Below, one piece after another: positions 23,512-33,601 of a stretch of 64,000 nucleotides of DNA (its first letter is position 1; the number at the start of each line of letters is the position of its first letter). A model generated the notes under the pieces. It searched no databases and was not told the origin of the DNA. It saw nothing but the letters and a program-made list of their open reading frames with translations. The translations under genes and the position numbers were made by a program. The DNA lies in assembly GCA_048623775.1 (NCBI GenBank), contig JBMCXW010000004.1, positions 14,406 through 78,405 on the forward strand, written 5' to 3'. This stretch comes from Myxococcota bacterium. Its GTDB lineage: Bacteria > Myxococcota_A > Polyangia > Polyangiales > Houyiibacteriaceae.

Positions 23512-24678
23512 TCAGCGCAGCGCGCCATCCAGGTCGGCCAGCAGGTCGTCCGCCGCCTCGACGCCCACCGACGCCCGCACCAGCCCGTCCTCGATGCCGA
23601 GGGCGCGCCGCCGCTCGGCGGGCATGGCGGCGTGGCTCATGGACGCGGGGTGACCCACCAGCGACTCCACCCCGCCGAGGCTCTCGGCCACCGTGAAGAG
23701 CCGCAGCCGGGCCAGCACCTCCCGCGCACCCCCGGCGCCCCCGCGCACCACGAAGGACACGACTCCGCCCCCGGCCCTCAAGAGCCGGGCCGCCCGATCG
23801 TGGTGGGGATGCGACGCGAGCCCCGGGTAACACACCCGCTCGACCCGGGGATGCCCCTCGAGCCGCCGGGCCACCGCCAGGGCGTTGTCGCAGCACCGCT
23901 CCATGCGCAGGTGCAGGGTCTTGAGGCCCCGAAGGACCAGATAGCAGTCGAAGGGCGAGGGCACGGCCCCCACCGCCTTCTGCACGAACCGAAGCCGGTC
24001 CACCCACGCCGCGTCCCGGGCCACGACGAGGCCACCGACGACGTCGCTGTGGCCGCCCAGGTACTTGCTGCTCGAGTGCACCACCAGGTCCGCCCCGTGC
24101 TCGAAGGGGCGCAAGAGATAGGGCGTGGCGAAGGTGGCGTCGACCGCCAGCGGGACCCCCTTCGCGCAGGCCATCGCCGCCAGCCCGTCCAGGTCCATCA
24201 CGCGCAGGAGCGGGTTGGTCGGGGTCTCCACCCAAAGGAGGCGCGTGCGCTCCCCGATGGCCGCCTCCGCGGCCGCCACGTCGGCGGCGTCCACGTAGGT
24301 GACCGAAATGCCGGCGGTGCGCTCCTGGTGGGCCATGAGCCGGAAGGTCCCGCCGTACACGTCGTTGCCGCACACCACGTGATCGCCCGGGGCGAGCGTC
24401 GCGAGCACCGCGTGGACCGCCGCCGAGCCCGAGCCGAAGGCCACCGCACCCGCGCCGCCCTCGAGCTCCGCCACGCACGCCTCGAGCGCCCGACGCGTCG
24501 GGTTGTCGACGCGACCGTATTCGAACCCGATGGGCTCGCCCGGCGCCCGATGGGCGAAGGTGCTCGAGGTGACGATGGGTGGGATGACCGCACCCGTCAC
24601 CGGGTCGGGCTCCTGGCCCGCGTGCACGGCAAGCGTCTCCGGCTTTCGCGACCTGTCGTCCGTCATGCGGTCGAGCAT
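23512..24678 (-). CDS. Cys/Met-metabolism PLP-dependent enzyme (cystathionine gamma-synthase/gamma-lyase family)
   Basis: ETLAVHAG..., SSTF, PLP-lysine context HSSSKYLGGHSDVVGG; 388 aa. Confidence 0.9.
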   Translation of the reverse strand: MLDRMTDDRSRKPETLAVHAGQEPDPVTGAVIPPIVTSSTFAHRAPGEPIGFEYGRVDNPTRRALEACVAELEGGAGAVAFGSGSAAVHAVLATLAPGDHVVCGNDVYGGTFRLMAHQERTAGISVTYVDAADVAAAEAAIGERTRLLWVETPTNPLLRVMDLDGLAAMACAKGVPLAVDATFATPYLLRPFEHGADLVVHSSSKYLGGHSDVVGGLVVARDAAWVDRLRFVQKAVGAVPSPFDCYLVLRGLKTLHLRMERCCDNALAVARRLEGHPRVERVCYPGLASHPHHDRAARLLRAGGGVVSFVVRGGAGGAREVLARLRLFTVAESLGGVESLVGHPASMSHAAMPAERRRALGIEDGLVRASVGVEAADDLLADLDGALR

Positions 24679-24781
24679 ACGGCGACGATGCCGCCGACAC
24701 CGCCGAAAACCGATCTGTCAACCCTTGACCCCGATCGGCCCTGCGCTACGCCGTGCGACCCATGCAGGACGGGGACGGAGC

Positions 24782-26800
24782 ATGTCCAGGCTGAACGCCG
24801 CCCAGCGCGCCGCCGTCGAGCACGGCGACGGCCCGCTGCTCGTGCTGGCCGGCGCCGGCAGCGGCAAGACGCGCGTGATCACCCGTCGGATCGCGCGGCT
24901 CATCGAGCGCGGCACGCCCCCCGGCGCCGTCCTCGCGGTCTCGTTCACCAACAAGGCGGCGGCCGAGATGGGCGAACGGCTCGCCAAGCTGGTGGGCGAG
25001 AGCGCGGCACAGCAGGTCTGGCTGAGCACCTTTCACAGCTTCGGCGTGCGGTTTCTGACCGAGGAGCGGGGCGGCAAGCGGGGCGGCCGGTTCGTGATCT
25101 TCGATCAGGAGGACAGCCTGGGCCTGGTGCGCGATCTGCTGCGGCGCGAGGTGGGGGGAAACCGCCGCCTGGACGCCGCCGCCGTGCTCGCCCGCATCTC
25201 GCTCTGGAAGAATCGATTCGTGGCCCCCGAGGAGGTGCCCGAGTCGGACTTCGAGTACGACGCGGTGGCCCGGCAAGTCTATCCGGCGTACGAGGCGGCG
25301 CTTCGGGCCATGCGCGCGGTCGACTTCGACGACCTGGTGGTAGCGCCCGTGCGCATGCTCCGGGAGTCGGACCGCCGCCGTGACGCATGGCGGGCTCGCT
25401 TCCACCACCTGCTCGTGGACGAGTTCCAGGACACCAACCGCGCCCAGCTCGAGCTGGTCAAGCTGCTCGCGAACGATCGCGGCAACGTGTGCGTCGTGGG
25501 CGACGACGACCAGTCCATCTACGGTTGGCGCGGCGCCGAGGTGGGCAACATCCTCGACTTCGAGTCGCACTTCCCGCGCACGCGAGTGGTGAAGCTGGAG
25601 GACAACTACCGGTCCCACGCGCCCGTGCTGGACGTGGCCAACGCCGTCATCGGCCGCGGTGCGGGCAAGCGCCACGGCAAGACCCTGCGCGCCGCCCGCG
25701 GCGACGGGGCCCGCGTGAGCGTCTGCACCGTCGACGACCCGGAGGCCGAGGCCAAGCTCGTCGTTTCCGAGATCAAGCGACTGGAGCGCGAGGCGCAGCG
25801 CCGCCCGGGGGACGTGGCGGTGCTCTATCGGTCGAGCGCCCAGGCGCGGCTGGTGGAGGAGGAGCTGCGCGTGGCGGGCATCCCGTACCGCGTCTACGGC
25901 GGCACCCAGTTCTTCGACCGCAAGGAAGTGAAGGACGCGGTGGCCTATCTGCGCGTGGTGCTGCATCCGCAGGACGAGCTGTCCCTGCGGCGCATCCTCA
26001 ACCACCCACCACGGGGCATCGGAGCGACCACCATCGAGCGCGTCGCCGGGTACGCCCGTATGCACGGCATGCCCTTCGGCCGCGCTGTCGAGCGGATCGA
26101 CCGCATCGAAGGGGTGCCCGACCCCGCCCGGCGCGGCGCCGAGGCGCTCCAGGGCGCGTTGCGCCGGGCACGGGGCCGGTTCCGGGCGGGGGACGGGCTG
26201 GCGGCGGTGGCGCGGGATCTGCTCCAGGAGGTGGGCCTCGCCAGCTACCTCGACGACCCGGACGGGGGCCCGGCCGGGGCCCGCCGTTGGCGCAACGTCC
26301 AAGCCCTGCTCCAGAGCATCGACCGTTTCGAACGGAGCGAACGCGAGGGCAAGCCCTCGCTCGCCTCGTTTCTGGCCCGCCTCACGCTGCGGATCGACCA
26401 GGAGGCCCAGGAAGCGGGCAACCGCGTGACCCTGTCCACCCTGCACGCGGCCAAGGGCCTGGAGTTTCCGGTGGTCTTCCTCATCGGGTGCGTCGAGGGC
26501 TCGCTGCCCCATACCCGCACCACCGATCCCAAGGTGACCGAGGCGACGCCCGCGGACGTGGAGGAGGAGCGGCGGCTCTTCTACGTGGGGGTGACGCGCG
26601 CGTGCGATCTTCTGTACCTGGTGCGGCCGCAGCGCCGGAGCGTGCGGGGCAAGCCGGTGAAGCTCGCCCCGAGCCGCTTCCTCGAGGGCATGCCGGAGCA
26701 CGCGATCGAAGAGCGCACCTTCGAAGGCGCCCCTGCCATGAACAACGCGCAGATCGCCGACATGACCAAGGCGCTGTTGGACCGGCTGGGGCCGCGGTGA
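24782..26800 (+). CDS. UvrD/PcrA/Rep-family ATP-dependent DNA helicase
   Basis: LNAAQRAAVEHGDGPLLVLAGAGSGKTRVITRRIA (motifs Q/I), LLVDEFQDTN (II), YRS, TLHAAKGLEFPVVFL, YVGVTRA. ATG at 24782 inside a longer track ORF. Confidence 0.9.
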   Translation: MSRLNAAQRAAVEHGDGPLLVLAGAGSGKTRVITRRIARLIERGTPPGAVLAVSFTNKAAAEMGERLAKLVGESAAQQVWLSTFHSFGVRFLTEERGGKRGGRFVIFDQEDSLGLVRDLLRREVGGNRRLDAAAVLARISLWKNRFVAPEEVPESDFEYDAVARQVYPAYEAALRAMRAVDFDDLVVAPVRMLRESDRRRDAWRARFHHLLVDEFQDTNRAQLELVKLLANDRGNVCVVGDDDQSIYGWRGAEVGNILDFESHFPRTRVVKLEDNYRSHAPVLDVANAVIGRGAGKRHGKTLRAARGDGARVSVCTVDDPEAEAKLVVSEIKRLEREAQRRPGDVAVLYRSSAQARLVEEELRVAGIPYRVYGGTQFFDRKEVKDAVAYLRVVLHPQDELSLRRILNHPPRGIGATTIERVAGYARMHGMPFGRAVERIDRIEGVPDPARRGAEALQGALRRARGRFRAGDGLAAVARDLLQEVGLASYLDDPDGGPAGARRWRNVQALLQSIDRFERSEREGKPSLASFLARLTLRIDQEAQEAGNRVTLSTLHAAKGLEFPVVFLIGCVEGSLPHTRTTDPKVTEATPADVEEERRLFYVGVTRACDLLYLVRPQRRSVRGKPVKLAPSRFLEGMPEHAIEERTFEGAPAMNNAQIADMTKALLDRLGPR

Positions 26801-26844
26801 CACCGCACCTTCACAGCCGGGGGCCGCGTGCTTAGGTGAGGGCC

Positions 26845-27486
26845 ATGCGACCCTACGCCTGGGTGCTGGGGCTCGGGCTCCTCCTGCTGCCCCAAGGATG
26901 CGACGAGGACGCCCGCGAGCCGGAACGTGCCGGCGAGGAAGAAGGGCCGCCCGCACCGCCGGCGGAGGCGCAGGCCGAGGCCGGGGATGCGAAGGAGCAA
27001 GCCCTGGAGCGGGCCCGTACGGGCGCCCGGACCCTGGGCCAGACCCTGAAGGGCCGGCTGCTCGCCGCCATGGAGGAGGGCGGCGCCCCGCGCGCGATGG
27101 AGGTGTGCGCGGACGAGGCGCAGCAGCTCGCCCGCGGGGCGGCCGAACGGACGGGCACCACGGTGGGTCGCTCGTCGCTCCGGCTACGCAACCCGGACAA
27201 CGCGCCACCCGACTGGGTGCGGGACTGGCTCGTGGACCAGGGCGAGCGCAAGGCCGACGGAGTGGAAGGGTTCGCCCGCGTGGAGTCGGCCGAGGACGGG
27301 GAGGTGGCGCGGGTGCTCGTCCCCATCGCCGTGGAGGGGCCCTGCGTGAGCTGCCATGGGCCGCGGGAGGAGCTGTCCCCCGAGGTGCGGGCCCTCCTGG
27401 ACGCACGCTACCCGGAGGACGAAGCGGTGGGCTACGGGGCAGGCGACCTTAGGGGCGCCCTCTACGCCGAGGCCCCCGTGCGCTGA
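26845..27486 (+). CDS. DUF3365-like haem-binding lipoprotein (CxxCH)
   Basis: Lipobox LLLLPQGC. LRLRNPDNAPPDWVRDWL and CVSCHG motifs. ATG 26845 is preceded by AGGTGAGGG; the track start at 26836 is GTG. Confidence 0.7.
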   Translation: MRPYAWVLGLGLLLLPQGCDEDAREPERAGEEEGPPAPPAEAQAEAGDAKEQALERARTGARTLGQTLKGRLLAAMEEGGAPRAMEVCADEAQQLARGAAERTGTTVGRSSLRLRNPDNAPPDWVRDWLVDQGERKADGVEGFARVESAEDGEVARVLVPIAVEGPCVSCHGPREELSPEVRALLDARYPEDEAVGYGAGDLRGALYAEAPVR

Positions 27487-27530
27487 GTACCCCCCGCCCG
27501 GAAAGGGAGCCCAGCGGGCCGACCGGGGCT

Positions 27531-29879
27531 TCAGCCCTCCGGTCCGTCTCCTCCCTCCCCCTCCTCGGGCGGGTCGGGCTCCGGTGAACCCGTCTCGTTC
27601 CCACCCGCCGCGTTGCCCCGACGCCCGGCGAGGCGGCGCTCGAGCCGCGCCACCCGGGCCTCGGCCCGCCGACGGGCCGCCTCCGCCTGCCGCACCTCCC
27701 GCTCGAGACGCCGAGCCCGCGCCCGCTCGGTCGTGAGCTCCGCCCGGGCCGCCACCCGCTCCTTCTCGCGCGCCTCGGCCTGGGCGCGCGCCCGTTCGAC
27801 GTCGGTCCGGGCTTGGTCGAGGGCCGATCGGGCGTCGGCGAGCTCCGCCTGCAGCGCGGCGACCCGCTCCTCGGAGGCCACCAGCTCCGACTCCCGTTCC
27901 TCGAGCAGCGACCGGATCGACTCCAGATCCGCGCGCGCCGCCTGCAGCTCCTCCTGGGTCTGCCCCAGGATCGCGCGAGCCTCTTCGAGCTCGGTGCGGG
28001 TGTCCCCGAGCTGCTCCTCGAGCTCCCGCCGCTCCTGCTCGCTGCCGGCGAGGCGGGAGCGCAACAGACCGAGCCGCCCCTCGGCGTTGCCGAGCTGCTC
28101 CGCGAGCTGCCGCCGGCTCATCTGCCCACGCGCGTACCGGTCGCGGATGCGGGACACGTCCGCCTCGAGGGCGCGCTGCTGCTCGAGAGACAGCTCCAGG
28201 TCCTGCTTGAGCCCGAAGGCCATGGTCTTGGCCCGTTCGGCCTCCAGGGCCTCCCGCTCCGCCCGGGCGTTGAGGCCGTACACCACCGCGCCGAAAACGG
28301 CGCCCACGGCCACCAGCAGCGGCACGAGCCATCGCAGGAGGGCGGCGATCCGGCGGCGGCGCTCCTCGGGCTGGGTCAGCACACTCAGCCGATCGGCGAG
28401 CTCGTCGGCGGAAGGCCGCTCGTCCGGGTCCAGGCTCAAACACTGGCGGAAGAACGGCTCGAGGAACTTCAGGTCGCGGCGGCGCGGCGGCGGCGGCGCG
28501 TTCCGGGCCCGGCGCTCGATGAAGGCTTCGACCGCACCGGCGGGCACGTCCTCGCGCGTCTCCGGCTCGAGCGCGTTGCGGAGCGACAGGGCCAGGGAGA
28601 ATACGTCGGCCGCATATCCCACCGGGTGCATGCTCTGCACCGACGCGAACTGGGCGGCCACCTCCGGTGCGAAGTAGTCGGGGGTGCCCGCGATCACCAT
28701 CTCGGCCTCCTTGGCGGCCACCCCGAGATCGATCAGCACCGGCAGCACGTCCGCTTCGCCATCGTCGCGACCGAAGCCCCGGATCCGCGCCAGGAAAATG
28801 TTCTCCGGCTTCACGTCCTGGTGCCGGATGCCGGCCGCGTGCATGGTCGCGAGCGCGCGCGCGAGGGGCTCGAAGATGCTGCGCGCCTCGCGCCGCGACA
28901 GGGGCGCCCGCTCGATGCGGTCCTCGAGGGTCTCCCCCTCGTACCACGGCATGACGAACCACAACCGGTTCTCGTGCCAACCGTGGTCCTTGAATTGGAC
29001 GACGGAAGGATGGAAGACGCTCGCGATCAGGTGCAGCTCCCGCAGGGCCTGCGCCCGCGCCGTCTCGTCCATGGACGGCTGGTGCAGCAGCTTGAGCGCC
29101 ACCTCGTGCCCGGGCACTTCGGTATCGTTGGCGCGGTAGACGTCGCCGAAGGCGCCGGAGCCCACGCGCCGCTCGATCGCATAGCGCCCCCCGACGATCG
29201 TGCCCTCCGGCAATGCCGCGTGCTCCCCGGACGGCTCCTCCGCGCCGGGGGCCGCGAACGGCTCGAGGGCGAACGCCTCGAGCAGCACGGCGGACAGGCG
29301 GTCGGTGCCGGGCGGGTCCCCCAGAAGGCTGCGGGCGCGGGCCTCGGCCGCGGCCAGCCGCCCGGTCACCTCGCCCGGCGGCAGCTCCACGACGGCGGCC
29401 GCTTCCTCGGGGAGCAGCTCCCGCGCGTGGCGCAGCTCGAGCAGCTCCGCGTCGCCAGCGGGAAGCTCGCCGCGGAGCCGGTGCAGCTCCTCCTCCGACG
29501 CGACGCGGGGAGTCCGCCAGGGCAGCGCCTCGGCCGCCGGCCGCCCCGATTCGGCCATGCGCCGTCGTGCGATACGCCGGGCTTGCCCGTAGAGGCGGGC
29601 GCGCACACCCGGCGGCTGGGTGAGCTCGTGCGGCCCGAGCGCCACCACCGCCGCCCGCAGCTCGCCGAAGGCCGCCCCGGCCCGCTCCACGCTGCCGAGC
29701 TGGACGGCCAGGTACTCCTTGAGGCCGCGCCCGTAGTGATCGAGGGCCCGGCCGTGCACCACGTCGACCACGGTGGCCGCCACACCGGAGGTGGCGACGA
29801 TGGACTCGGCCGCCAGCGAGAGCACGGGCCGGGTCTCCCCAGGACCCGACCGCCCTTTGGCTTCGTCGAGGGTGCCCAC
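27531..29879 (-). CDS. Fusion protein: ECF-sigma-like N-terminal region + non-RD Ser/Thr kinase + TM helix + long coiled-coil
   Basis: GTG 29879 with RBS AAGGAGAA. Sigma region-4-like ELLELRHARELLPEEAAAVVELPPGEVTGRLAAAEARARSLL. Kinase motifs GSGAFGDVY, VALK, HQDVKPEN (Q replaces R), DLG, APE. TM LVPLLVAVGAVFGAVVYGL. About 270 aa of heptad-like E/R/A/L-rich sequence. Confidence 0.8.
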   Translation of the reverse strand: MGTLDEAKGRSGPGETRPVLSLAAESIVATSGVAATVVDVVHGRALDHYGRGLKEYLAVQLGSVERAGAAFGELRAAVVALGPHELTQPPGVRARLYGQARRIARRRMAESGRPAAEALPWRTPRVASEEELHRLRGELPAGDAELLELRHARELLPEEAAAVVELPPGEVTGRLAAAEARARSLLGDPPGTDRLSAVLLEAFALEPFAAPGAEEPSGEHAALPEGTIVGGRYAIERRVGSGAFGDVYRANDTEVPGHEVALKLLHQPSMDETARAQALRELHLIASVFHPSVVQFKDHGWHENRLWFVMPWYEGETLEDRIERAPLSRREARSIFEPLARALATMHAAGIRHQDVKPENIFLARIRGFGRDDGEADVLPVLIDLGVAAKEAEMVIAGTPDYFAPEVAAQFASVQSMHPVGYAADVFSLALSLRNALEPETREDVPAGAVEAFIERRARNAPPPPRRRDLKFLEPFFRQCLSLDPDERPSADELADRLSVLTQPEERRRRIAALLRWLVPLLVAVGAVFGAVVYGLNARAEREALEAERAKTMAFGLKQDLELSLEQQRALEADVSRIRDRYARGQMSRRQLAEQLGNAEGRLGLLRSRLAGSEQERRELEEQLGDTRTELEEARAILGQTQEELQAARADLESIRSLLEERESELVASEERVAALQAELADARSALDQARTDVERARAQAEAREKERVAARAELTTERARARRLEREVRQAEAARRRAEARVARLERRLAGRRGNAAGGNETGSPEPDPPEEGEGGDGPEG

Positions 29880-29954
29880 AGAGCTATTCTCCTTGCCAGC
29901 GGCGGGGTGGCGACGCAATTCGGGCGGGGCCCCTCTCCGGCCCCGGGAGCACGC

Positions 29955-31331
29955 ATGCGCTTGGCGAACCTCATCGGCCCCGACCTCAAGGATACCCTCC
30001 GGGAGGCGCCGGGCTCCATTCGGGAGGCGTTCGACGAGCTGCATCCGGAGGACGTGGCCGAGCTGGTCTCCGATCTGGAGATCGAGGACGCGGTGGCGTT
30101 GCTCCGGGCCCTGCCCCCCGACGACGCCGCCGACGTGATCGGGCGGCTCGGGGGCGAGCACCAGGTGAAGGTCTTCGAGAGCGTCGGGAGCGGCCCCGCC
30201 GTGGCCATCCTCCGCGAGATGGCGCCCGACGATCGGGTGGACCTCCTGCAGTCGCTGCCGGAGGAGCTCGCCGCCACCCTCATCGCACACCTGGACAAGG
30301 CCGAGCCCGAGGCGGCCGAGGAAGTGCGCGAGCTGCGCATCTGGGGGGAAGACACCGCCGGCGGGCTGATGACCCTCGACTACGTGGTGCTGCCGCCGGA
30401 GACGAAGGTGTGGCAGGCCATCGAGGAGCTGCGGCGCATCGCCCGCGAGCGCGATGCCGAGACCATCTACTCCATCTACGTGTGCGGCTTCGGCGAAAAG
30501 CTCCTCGGTGTGGTGTCGCTGCGTGACCTCATTCTGAGCGATCCGGGGCAGACGCTCGCGGACGTCATGACCGAGCAGGTGGTTCGGGTGTCCCCCACCG
30601 ACGACCAGGAGGTGGTCGCCCACGTCATGCAGAGATACGACCTGGGAACGGTGCCCGTGACCGACGAGCACGGGCGCATGCTGGGCATCGTCACCGTGGA
30701 CGACGTGGTCGATGTGGTCGTCGAGGAGGCGACCGAGGACGCGCACATGATGGGCGGCGTCGTGCCCCTCGAGGACGCCTATTTTTCCACGGGCGTCGCG
30801 CAGTTCATTGCCAAGCGGGCGCCGTGGCTCGTGGTGCTCTTCCTCGGGCAGTTCTTGACTGCCACCGTCATGGAGAGCAACCGGGCGGCCATCGAGGCGG
30901 TGCTCGAGCTGGCGGTGTTCATCCCGCTGATCATCTCGGCCGGGGGCAACGCCGGGTCGCAGTCCTCCTCACTCATCATCCGCGCCCTCGCGGTGGGAGA
31001 GGTGCGGCCGGGCGACTGGTGGCGGGTGACGGCGCGCGAGCTGCTCACCGGGATCGCCCTCGGTTTGATCCTCGGCGCGGTGGGCTTCGCGCGGGCGTAC
31101 TTCTCCGGGGGGACGGTGCAGCCAATCCAGATCTCCATGGCCGTGGGCGCCAGCGTGGTGGCGGTGGTGAGCCTCGGCACGGTCGTCGGCTCGCTGCTCC
31201 CGCTGGCGATCAAGCGCCTGGGCCTCGATCCTGCGGTCTCGTCCACGCCGTTCATCGCGTCGCTGGTGGACGTGATCGGGTTGCTCGTGTACTTCGCCAT
31301 CGCCCGCCTGGTGCTCACCCTGGTCTTCTGA
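29955..31331 (+). CDS. mgtE: Magnesium transporter MgtE
   Basis: N-domain LHPEDVAELVSDLE, CBS pair, and C-terminal TM domain with IPLIISAGGNAGSQS and PFIASLVDVIGLLVYF. Confidence 0.9.
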   Translation: MRLANLIGPDLKDTLREAPGSIREAFDELHPEDVAELVSDLEIEDAVALLRALPPDDAADVIGRLGGEHQVKVFESVGSGPAVAILREMAPDDRVDLLQSLPEELAATLIAHLDKAEPEAAEEVRELRIWGEDTAGGLMTLDYVVLPPETKVWQAIEELRRIARERDAETIYSIYVCGFGEKLLGVVSLRDLILSDPGQTLADVMTEQVVRVSPTDDQEVVAHVMQRYDLGTVPVTDEHGRMLGIVTVDDVVDVVVEEATEDAHMMGGVVPLEDAYFSTGVAQFIAKRAPWLVVLFLGQFLTATVMESNRAAIEAVLELAVFIPLIISAGGNAGSQSSSLIIRALAVGEVRPGDWWRVTARELLTGIALGLILGAVGFARAYFSGGTVQPIQISMAVGASVVAVVSLGTVVGSLLPLAIKRLGLDPAVSSTPFIASLVDVIGLLVYFAIARLVLTLVF

Positions 31332-31358
31332 CGGCGACGCGGCGGAGCACCGGGTGCC

Positions 31359-32159
31359 TCAGCGGCCCGACGCCCCTTCGATGCGGTCGAGGAGCGCTCG
31401 CAGGAGAGCCACGAGCCCCTGCGGCCCGCGAAGGGTGGCGGTGGCTTCCGGGGGAGGCTGGCGCTCGCCCGAGGCCACGAACAGGCCGAGGCCGCCCCGC
31501 TCGACGGCAAGCCGGATGGCCGGAAAATCGGTGAGGTCGTCGCCCGCGTACACCACGCCGACGGCGGCCGTGGCGCGCATGAGCTTGTCGAGGGCCGTGG
31601 CCTTGTCGCCGGGCTCGATCTCGGCCTCGCAGACGGCGCGGCCGAGCCGCGGATGCAGCCCCTCCCGCTCGGCCCGCCCCCTCGCCTGCTCGAGCACGGC
31701 CTCCGCCTCGGCCGGGTCGGACTGCGACAGCGCCCGCACGTGCACCGCCACCGCCCCGTCCTTGTCCTCGATGCGTGCTCCCCGGGGCACGGCCTCGGCC
31801 TCGGCCCAGGCGCGGAACGCCTCGAGGCGTCCCTCGGCCGCTTCGGAGAGCGCCATGCCGCGAGGCTGCTCGCTCGGACCGAGAACCACCCGACCGTGGC
31901 TCACGGCACGCCACACCCGAAGCCCGCCGGCCACCACGTGCAGCGACTCCCCGTCCCGGCCCGTCACCAGCGCCACGTGCACCTTCGGCACGGCACCGAT
32001 GCGTTCGAGCAGGGCGCGGGTGCCGTCGGGAACCCGCGCCGCCGCCGGGTCGTCCACGATGGGCGCGAGCGTTCCGTCGACGTCGAGCGCCACCAGCGTG
32101 GGGCGGTCGAGCCGGGCGATGCGCTCGGCCAGGGCCTCGAGGTCGGGTGGCGGCGTCAT
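31359..32159 (-). CDS. otsB: Trehalose-6-phosphate phosphatase
   Basis: HAD motif I LVALDVDGTLAP. GDDLTD motif. ATGA overlap with otsA upstream. Confidence 0.85.
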   Translation of the reverse strand: MTPPPDLEALAERIARLDRPTLVALDVDGTLAPIVDDPAAARVPDGTRALLERIGAVPKVHVALVTGRDGESLHVVAGGLRVWRAVSHGRVVLGPSEQPRGMALSEAAEGRLEAFRAWAEAEAVPRGARIEDKDGAVAVHVRALSQSDPAEAEAVLEQARGRAEREGLHPRLGRAVCEAEIEPGDKATALDKLMRATAAVGVVYAGDDLTDFPAIRLAVERGGLGLFVASGERQPPPEATATLRGPQGLVALLRALLDRIEGASGR

Positions 32160-33559
32160 CCGTCGACCTCTTCGAGAAGGGCCAGGTAGGTGTCCGCCCA
32201 CCGGTGCACGTCGAGCTTGAGCACCTCCTGGCGCATGTTCTTCATGCGCTTGTGCAGCTCCCCCTCCGACATGTCGAGCGCGTATTGCAGCTTCTCCGCG
32301 ATGGCATGAATGTCGTAAGGGTTGACCAGGATGGCGCCGTGCAGGTAGCTCGCCGCCCCCGCGAACTCACTCAGCACCAGCGCTCCGCCCTCGTCCAACC
32401 GGGAAGCCACGTACTCCTGGGCCACCAGGTTCATCCCGTCCCGCAGCGGCGTGACCAGCGCCACGTCCGCGGCCCGGTAGTGGGCGTAGAGGGTGAGCTG
32501 ATCGAGGTTGCGGAACATGTAGCTGATGGCTTCCCGCCCGGTGGACGAGTAACGCCCGTTGATGTCGCCGATCAGCCGGTCCACCTCGTTCTTGAGCTGC
32601 GCGTACGCCCGCACGTCCTGGCGGCTCGGCACCATGACCTGCACGAACATGTACCGGTGGCGCGCCTGCCGATAGCTCTTGAGGAACTGCTCGTACGCCA
32701 GGATCCGCTCGGGGATGCCCTTGGTGTAGTCGAGCCGGTCCACCCCCAGGATGATCCGCCGGCCGCCGGCCGCCTTTTTGAGGTGATTGAGCTTGTTCAT
32801 CACCTCCGGCTCGGCCGCCATCGTCTGCAGCTCGTCCACGGGGATGCCGATGGGGGCCGCCACCGCCCGGACCTCGCGGCCCCCCACACGGATGGTGCGG
32901 GCCCCGATGTCCACCGGGTGGTCGGTGAGCCGCTCGACGCACCGGCAGAAGTTGTGCGCGTACTGCTCGGTGTGGAAACCGAGCACGTCGCCGCCGAGCA
33001 GGCCCTCCAGGATCTCGCGTCGCCACGGCAGGATTCCGAACAACTCGATGGACGGCCACGGCACGTGGCAGAACCACCCGATGCGTGCCTTGGGACGCTT
33101 CGCCCGGATCATGCCGGGCACCAGCATGAGGTGGTAGTCCTGCACCCAGACGAGATCGGACGGGCGGCTGGACGCCAGGGTGGTTTCGGCGAAGGCGCGG
33201 TTGGCCGACATGTAGGTCCGCCAGGGTGCTTCGGCGATCCGGATCGTGGGCGGGAAGCTGTGGAGCATCGGCCACAGCACCGCGTTGGACACGCCCAGGT
33301 AGAAGCCGCGCTGGTCGGACCGGGACAGGTCGACCACGGGAAGCTGGTAGGCATCCTCCGGCGGGGAGCCGGCCACGGGCTTGCCCTCCCCCTCGCGGGC
33401 GCTCACCCACATGCCACCCCGGCCGCGGAGCACCGGGTCCAGGGCGGTCACCAGGCCCCCGGACGAGCGCTCCCAGCGCTTGTTGGAACCCGACCCCTGC
33501 AGTCGATACGGCCCCCGGTTCGCAACGACCACCAGCTTCCGTTTCGATCGGGGGCCCAT
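32156..33559 (-). CDS. otsA: Alpha,alpha-trehalose-phosphate synthase (GT20)
   Basis: [58 protein letters not shown] 33559 inside the 1392-aa track ORF. Confidence 0.9.
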   Translation of the reverse strand: MGPRSKRKLVVVANRGPYRLQGSGSNKRWERSSGGLVTALDPVLRGRGGMWVSAREGEGKPVAGSPPEDAYQLPVVDLSRSDQRGFYLGVSNAVLWPMLHSFPPTIRIAEAPWRTYMSANRAFAETTLASSRPSDLVWVQDYHLMLVPGMIRAKRPKARIGWFCHVPWPSIELFGILPWRREILEGLLGGDVLGFHTEQYAHNFCRCVERLTDHPVDIGARTIRVGGREVRAVAAPIGIPVDELQTMAAEPEVMNKLNHLKKAAGGRRIILGVDRLDYTKGIPERILAYEQFLKSYRQARHRYMFVQVMVPSRQDVRAYAQLKNEVDRLIGDINGRYSSTGREAISYMFRNLDQLTLYAHYRAADVALVTPLRDGMNLVAQEYVASRLDEGGALVLSEFAGAASYLHGAILVNPYDIHAIAEKLQYALDMSEGELHKRMKNMRQEVLKLDVHRWADTYLALLEEVDG

Positions 33560-33601
33560 CGGTGCGCTACCATACGCACCCGCAGGCAGCCCGCAAGGAA
33601 C

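Noticed and set aside
22886-24721. N-terminally extended track ORFs: 22886..24721, 27531..30746, 32156..36334, 36997..39087, 37724..40984, 56170..60222, 52966..55872, 41253..42914, 46158..48335.
   Set aside because: Only the C-terminal portions have protein-like composition and motifs. Each has a plausible internal ATG/GTG/TTG with an RBS or overlap coupling, and the upstream parts overlap other well-supported genes.
24782-27486. UvrD-like helicase plus the adjacent DUF3365 haem lipoprotein as a defence-type helicase module.
   Set aside because: The helicase has all standard UvrD/PcrA motifs and no nuclease or extra domain. The neighbour is a periplasmic CxxCH protein with its own signal peptide. 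Adjacency alone gives no support.
29880-29954. M-box (Mg2+) riboswitch upstream of mgtE.
   Set aside because: Only 75 nt separate mgtE from the divergent kinase gene. This is too short for an M-box, and I saw no matching conserved helices.
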